Shown here in pieces: positions 57,980 to 64,000 of a stretch of 64,000 nt of DNA. Within the stretch, counting starts at the first letter, position 1; every line of letters begins with the position of its first letter. The translations under genes were made by a program, and so were the position numbers. The DNA is from Chrysomallon squamiferum (lineage: Eukaryota > Animalia > Mollusca). Below the pieces are notes generated by a model. That model saw only the letters and a list, made by a program, of their open reading frames with translations. It made no database searches and was not told where the DNA came from. The stretch is from NCBI GenBank assembly GCA_012295275.1, contig CM022671.1, positions 1,674,001 through 1,738,000 on the forward strand. Reading direction: 5' to 3'.

Positions 57980-60900
57980 TCAGACATTCATTAAAAATTC
58001 ATTGAGGAATAATTGTTTCATCAGCTTCCAAGTTATTTCATTTTCACATTGTTTTCATCAAAAAAATGTCATTTCTAACATTTGAGAGATGTGTAGTATT
58101 CATCATTGGGAGATACTGTAATTTAATTCAGTCAATATGTTTCAGCAGTTGAATATAAAATATTACTACCTTTCAGTTGTTGTCATTTTATATTAATAAT
58201 AAATAAAAAATTAATAAAAATGTACCTCTTATTTTTTAAAAATCTTTTATTTATTTATTGTCAGTATGCTTTTTTATTATTGCACTGTCATCAAAGGCTA
58301 TGATCTGGGGCTTCTTCTGACTGTTATCAATTATCAGTAACGCAGTGTGATAGAAGTGATATCCCATTGTTTCTTTTATACTACTATGAAATGTATTGAG
58401 ATACAACTTAAAAAATACTCATTCATTCAACAAAATTGATCATTTATAATTTCAGACATAATGTCTTCATAACAATCATTTGAACATAGTTCTGATAAAA
58501 AGTTAATATAATGATTTTGTTGCAAATACTAAAATTTGTTCACGTAATCAGTACTTTTAATGACATTAATAACATATCCATTAAAAATAATTTTACAAAA
58601 TAAAAAAATTTATTACTGAGAGCAAGTCCCATACCACTAAACTGATTCATTTTTCAAGGTGGTAAGTCGAAATGGAATTAATTTTGGCAAAATAAATAAA
58701 AGTATTTTTCTCACTTGACTATACCTGGCTATCTGTAGATCACAAATGCCTGAAATGCATGTTTTACTTAATGAACACTGAAATTTTAAGTCAGAACTCA
58801 GGGGTAGCCACTTGTTTCACTTTCAGTATTTACCTCTGTGTAATGGTGCCAACATTATTTTGTGCTTAACTGTCAGATTCATTCGTTTTTGTATGCACGT
58901 TAAGGTCAGATTCCATGAAACAAAAAAACAAAAATTTCCTCAACAAAAACAAGTATTGAGATCTGATGATTTTGTGCCAAGACATGAAATGTTACTGTAC
59001 TGCTCAGATATTTTAACAGCAATAATTATATATAGTTTATTTTTCTTCAAGTACTTTGTTATGTGCAAAATGCCAATTACAGCTAGTGACACTTTCTGAT
59101 GTATTTAGGGCATTCATTGTTTGCTGTGAGAAAGTACACCTCAAAGAATCCTAGCTGTATACTTCAGTGTATTTTAAACAAAACCAGCTTCATTCACATT
59201 TTCAATGTTTTTGCATTTTTAAGAAACTCGTACAGATTTAACTATAAACAGTTTGGTTCCGATTTGTTTTTGTTTTCTTTACTAGATAATTATTTTTTAA
59301 ACAACAAGACGTGAAAAGAAGACAAACGAAACAAAGTATTCAGTATTTATTTTTGCACGAGCCAGTAACTGTACAATAAGTACTAGCTACAAAAAATAAG
59401 TTACAATCAAATTTTGTTTTCAGTAAATACAAATATGAGATGATGGATAAATGTGCAATCAATCACAGAATCCTACAACATGCCACCATGGCATCCCAAA
59501 TCCCGATAATCCCTTGGCAATGTGGGGTCCCATCAGATAAAAAACCTGTCAGAATTTGGTCAACATTAATACTGGTTCTACAAAATGCATGCCCTCTCAG
59601 TTCCCACACGCTGACTTTAAACAGAAATCTGTATGCATTAGGATATGTTTATATACACAAGTGGCTGATGACATGAACAAACATATACATATAAGAATCT
59701 TTACATGTTGAGCATACTAAACAATATAGTATTTTCAAAACATAACATTCCCCAACCGAGATCATTTTCTAGCTAACTAAAAATATATATATATTTATAT
59801 ATATATGTATGTATGTATGTATATGTAGTATAAACATCAAATATTGCGTTTGATAAAATTTGGTTTATCAGTTTCCAAACAGATGTAGAAAAAAAAACAT
59901 TATTTCTCTATTTTTACACAACAATGTTTTTTAAAAAGACTACTGATGTACCAGCAAGTATCCTGTACAAACAAAAAATGAGGGGAAAGAAGGGATGGGG
60001 AATATTTACAAATGACTGCATGTTTTATTAATAATACAAATATTTATTACTTTTCATTAACAAATTGATTATTCATAGTAATCTCGAAAAAAAAAAAAAA
60101 AGAAAATAATAATAATAATAATATTATAGTGTAAATGTCAAAATACAACACATACCAATACAGACATTTTTTAGACTAGGAAAGTAACAAATTGTACACA
60201 AAAACATACTTGGTCTACAATGCTGCCAAAACAATACTGTTTTTCTGCAACAGTGTCTGTAGGTTTTTTATAAAAGTATTTTCTTTTCTTCAAAATTTTT
60301 CACAATATTATAAATATACAACATGATAATATAATGAATGACAATCTATTCATTTTATTTTATCTGGTTTTTCACTTCACATAGTTGAAGCAATGGCATC
60401 AGATCAACTTTATTAATTATTAATATGTGTTTAAAAAAAAAAAAAGGATTTTACAGATAAAATATAGAACATTTTTGATCTTTTCTATGATTAGTGCATG
60501 TATTTTCAAATTAAAAAAATGCCTGGAAGATCAAATTTGTGTTCTCAAATCTAATAGTCAAAATATAAAAGTTGTGCTCTTTCCAATAGCCTAAAGACAA
60601 ATAACATCAAATTATTAACATTAGTATCTAATTTGTCATTTTTATTTTTAATAATAATGACATGGACTTGAGATGATCATTTTAAATCAAAATTTGTTAA
60701 CTAGAAATGAAAATCTGAGGTCATGTGGTCATAAATATACCTTTTTTTACAACAATACTGACAATTTTAAAAAAATACATATACATGTGGAGTGTACATT
60801 TATTTATCCTAAAATAAATAAATAAATGACTTTAAAATCAACTTTAAAAATGAATAAATTAATAACTGCCTTTTATAGATGTGCTCATAAGTTATATTTT

Positions 60901-61555
60901 ACACCAAAGGAAAAAAAAAAAATAAATACCACAAAATAATAAATTTTCATACTGGATTTAGTAGTATTCATTATTAAAAGTGTGTTTGTTTTTTTCATTT
61001 TGTTTTTCATTTGTCATTTGCACATAAAAGTTTACACTTGAAAAAACAAACCAACCACATAATAAGAAATTCTTCAGCAATTTATACCCTCATAAAGAAA
61101 ACATCTAAATCAAATGCAGTGTCTTAATATCAAACTCAGGTTTGTAATCAAGACCAAGGTTTCTTTTTAAAAAAAAGCAATAGCATATAAAATAAAAACA
61201 GAAGGCAGCCACAAAAAAAAAAAAAAATTTTTTTAGGAACCTGCTTAATCTACACATAGCTGTATAAATAAACACAAAAAGCATTTACAGACATTTAGTT
61301 TGGCTGCATCAACAGCAAACTTAAGTACAAAATAAGATTAAGAAGTATTTGTACAGTGAAATACGTATGAAAACAACAGCACAAGGCCCTCTGATCAAAA
61401 TCTGTAGAAGAGGAAAAAAAAAACTGCTCCCAGCGCAGTTGTGGGCAAAATTTTTTAATAAATTCACTGCATTATTTCCAAATAGTTTTGCTAATGTACA
61501 AAAATGAAAAATATTAATAAATAAAAGCTATTGCCATTTGTTACAAAGTCCTATT

Positions 61556-61597
<42 letters not shown>

Positions 61598-64000
61598 AGA
61601 TTTAAAAATTAAGCTGATGTATTTCTGAATTTTAATATCAACAAAAGCCCTGTTGTTGGTTTTTTGATACATGAAAAATGAAGAGTTAAATAAAATCACA
61701 GTCTTTAAAAATCTTGATATAAATCTCTTATTTCAGGACTGTAGCAATTTGGCAAAATCAGGTCTTAAAACAATATTATTTTTTTTTAATCTTACAAATG
61801 TTACATAAGATATCTTTACAGAATTAAAAAAAAAAAAAAAAAATCAGTGTTTTAATTTTTTTAACAAATTGTTATAAATTTGTCCAAATCAAGTCTAAAG
61901 ACTATAAATGAACAATACAATTATTACAAATTTTTATTATCTGAAACCCCTCCAACAAAAAGTATAATAAAAAATCATTTACAGTATGAAATAATATAAA
62001 TCATTAAAAATATTCATATATCCAAGTTACCTGTACATAAATAATGGTAAGCAACTTGTCCAAATACAAGAGTAATTACTTTTCATCTGTAAAAAACATC
62101 ACTGGGTAGGATCCTGGCTACAAAATGCCAGTACAACAATTTGGTGAAAAGTTTTGGATTTATTTTTTTCTTTCTTTCTGAGATCAGAAAACATCTTTCA
62201 GTTAACCTGACTGTCCAAACAATGGCTAAAAAATATTTGATCTAGATATGAATAACAGATTACTTGCTAAAAGTGTTTAATATTAGTTACAAAAAATTCT
62301 GAAAGGTCAGCATGTAACTGCACCTGTACATCATTTTATAGTTAAATGAATGTTGTTACGTAACCTTTTCTTTAAAACAAATTAATAAATAATAATAAAT
62401 AATAATAATAATAATTAAAACCCATTAAAACACCAATTATAAATACAATTAATGCTGCCCAATATTATAAGTTTCACAAGCTGATAAATACTATCTACTG
62501 TTTATTTATTTATTTTTTTAATATATTTTCATTTCATAGATGCACTGAATTTAAACCCTTTAAAAACAACTGTACTTTTATTAGCTAAAGATAGTTTTTT
62601 ATGTTTCACATCTTAACTTCTATGATAGCCAAAACCTGATATTTGTGTTATCCTAAGAACCTATTTAGAACAATATACTGTTCCATTATTCTACCTTTTC
62701 TACCTTATCAAATACCTGCTGCTAAGTAATTTTCAAATGTATAATTAACATCCAGATTATTACATTCTTATTTTGTAATTTATCTTTTATTTTTAAAATT
62801 TCACATATTCCTTTTATATAAACCTTGTTATCTTGTTCTGAATAAAACACTGACAATATTAGTATTTATAGATGAGGTTCGGTTACAACATAAACCATTA
62901 ATGCTTTTCATTTCTCTTCTAGAAACATATTAAGAGCTCAACCTGCTAAAATCAATTTTACAGTGTTGATTTATGCTAGCAGATACATATTATATGGAAT
63001 ACAAGAAATATCATTAAAATACAGAATTCCAGAATATTTTGTCACCTAGCTATTAAACATACATCACATATTTATCCTTAAAATAAACATTTGTTATTCA
63101 GTTTATTTATTTTTATGCATCATGATTGATAACCATCTACAAATTTAATTTCTATTTTAAACAATGTCACTAAATGCACCAACAATTTCCAAAACACAAT
63201 TAAAACAATTTAGCTAATTGCAGAGTAACATTATTAATAAAACGCTCTTGTGGTTAGTTTTGTAATTAGTGCTCATTATTATTTTTATTTGTTTTTTTAA
63301 AAGAAAGAAATCAAGGCTTATGATGATTATGATAAAAGAAATGTAACACAGCTGGAATAATCATGGTTTTTAGCTTTTAATAAAAGATATGTCACAAAAT
63401 ACAGAGAAAAGGTGTGTGGGGCAGATTTTCAAGACTTCATTTTCATGTCAAGTTGGATGCAAATTATTTGTGTTAGTTAAGATATGTTTTATTTGAATAA
63501 ATTTTAAATTATTTAGCAAAATCAGAAAAGTAAATGTTCAAACTTCCAGTATCTTCTACAAGAAATGCAGGTATTTTTATTAGCTTAGAGTTCCTTTTTA
63601 TTTGTTTAAAAAAAAAAATAATAATATTAAATTTGTTTAAATTGTTAAGTAAAAAAAGGCAATGTGTATGATCTTATTTCCATCATGTTTTAAAAAATGT
63701 TATAAAAAGAATTAAAATTTGCCTTTGTACAAACATTGGTGAGATTCTAAATAATGGGAAATGTTGTTAAAATCTGTCATGTAAAGTTCTGATTTTAAGA
63801 AAAAAAAGTTTCTGACATGAGAAGATTCAAGCCTGAAAACAGTATTAATAATAAAAATAAATAAATAAATGATAAATACAAAATATGTTTTTTGAAATAG
63901 CTCACCACCCACCCTTCTAGTAAAAACAAAATATTTACCTCATTTCTGGGCGAGGAAAAAAAAAAAAATCTATTGTCAACAAAGAATAGTTCTGAATTCA

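Overview
AT-rich, microsatellite-dense animal genomic DNA (invertebrate; a mollusc or other lophotrochozoan is my guess, not provable here). Most ORF-track entries are microsatellite artefacts; the real genes are multi-exon and were assembled by hand from splice sites and phases. Left to right: two paralogous type-I membrane proteins with thrombospondin type-1 repeats (TSR; 1 and 3 repeats, + strand); four tandem fatty-acid-binding-protein (FABP/iLBP) genes on the - strand, two from a recent ~7.5-8 kb tandem duplication that left a dead exon of the next gene; a nucleoside hydrolase (IUNH family, - strand); and SmD3 (+ strand). Transposon remains include a Tc1/mariner-type MITE and MULE, RTE-LINE and other DDE fossils. 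The standout is the nucleoside hydrolase: three shared exons, then TWO intact versions of exon 4 (4a, 4b; 4b is absent from the ORF track) and TWO intact terminal exons (5a, 5b). This allows up to four enzymes with different active-site residues, and six tandem branch-point motifs sit in front of exon 4b.
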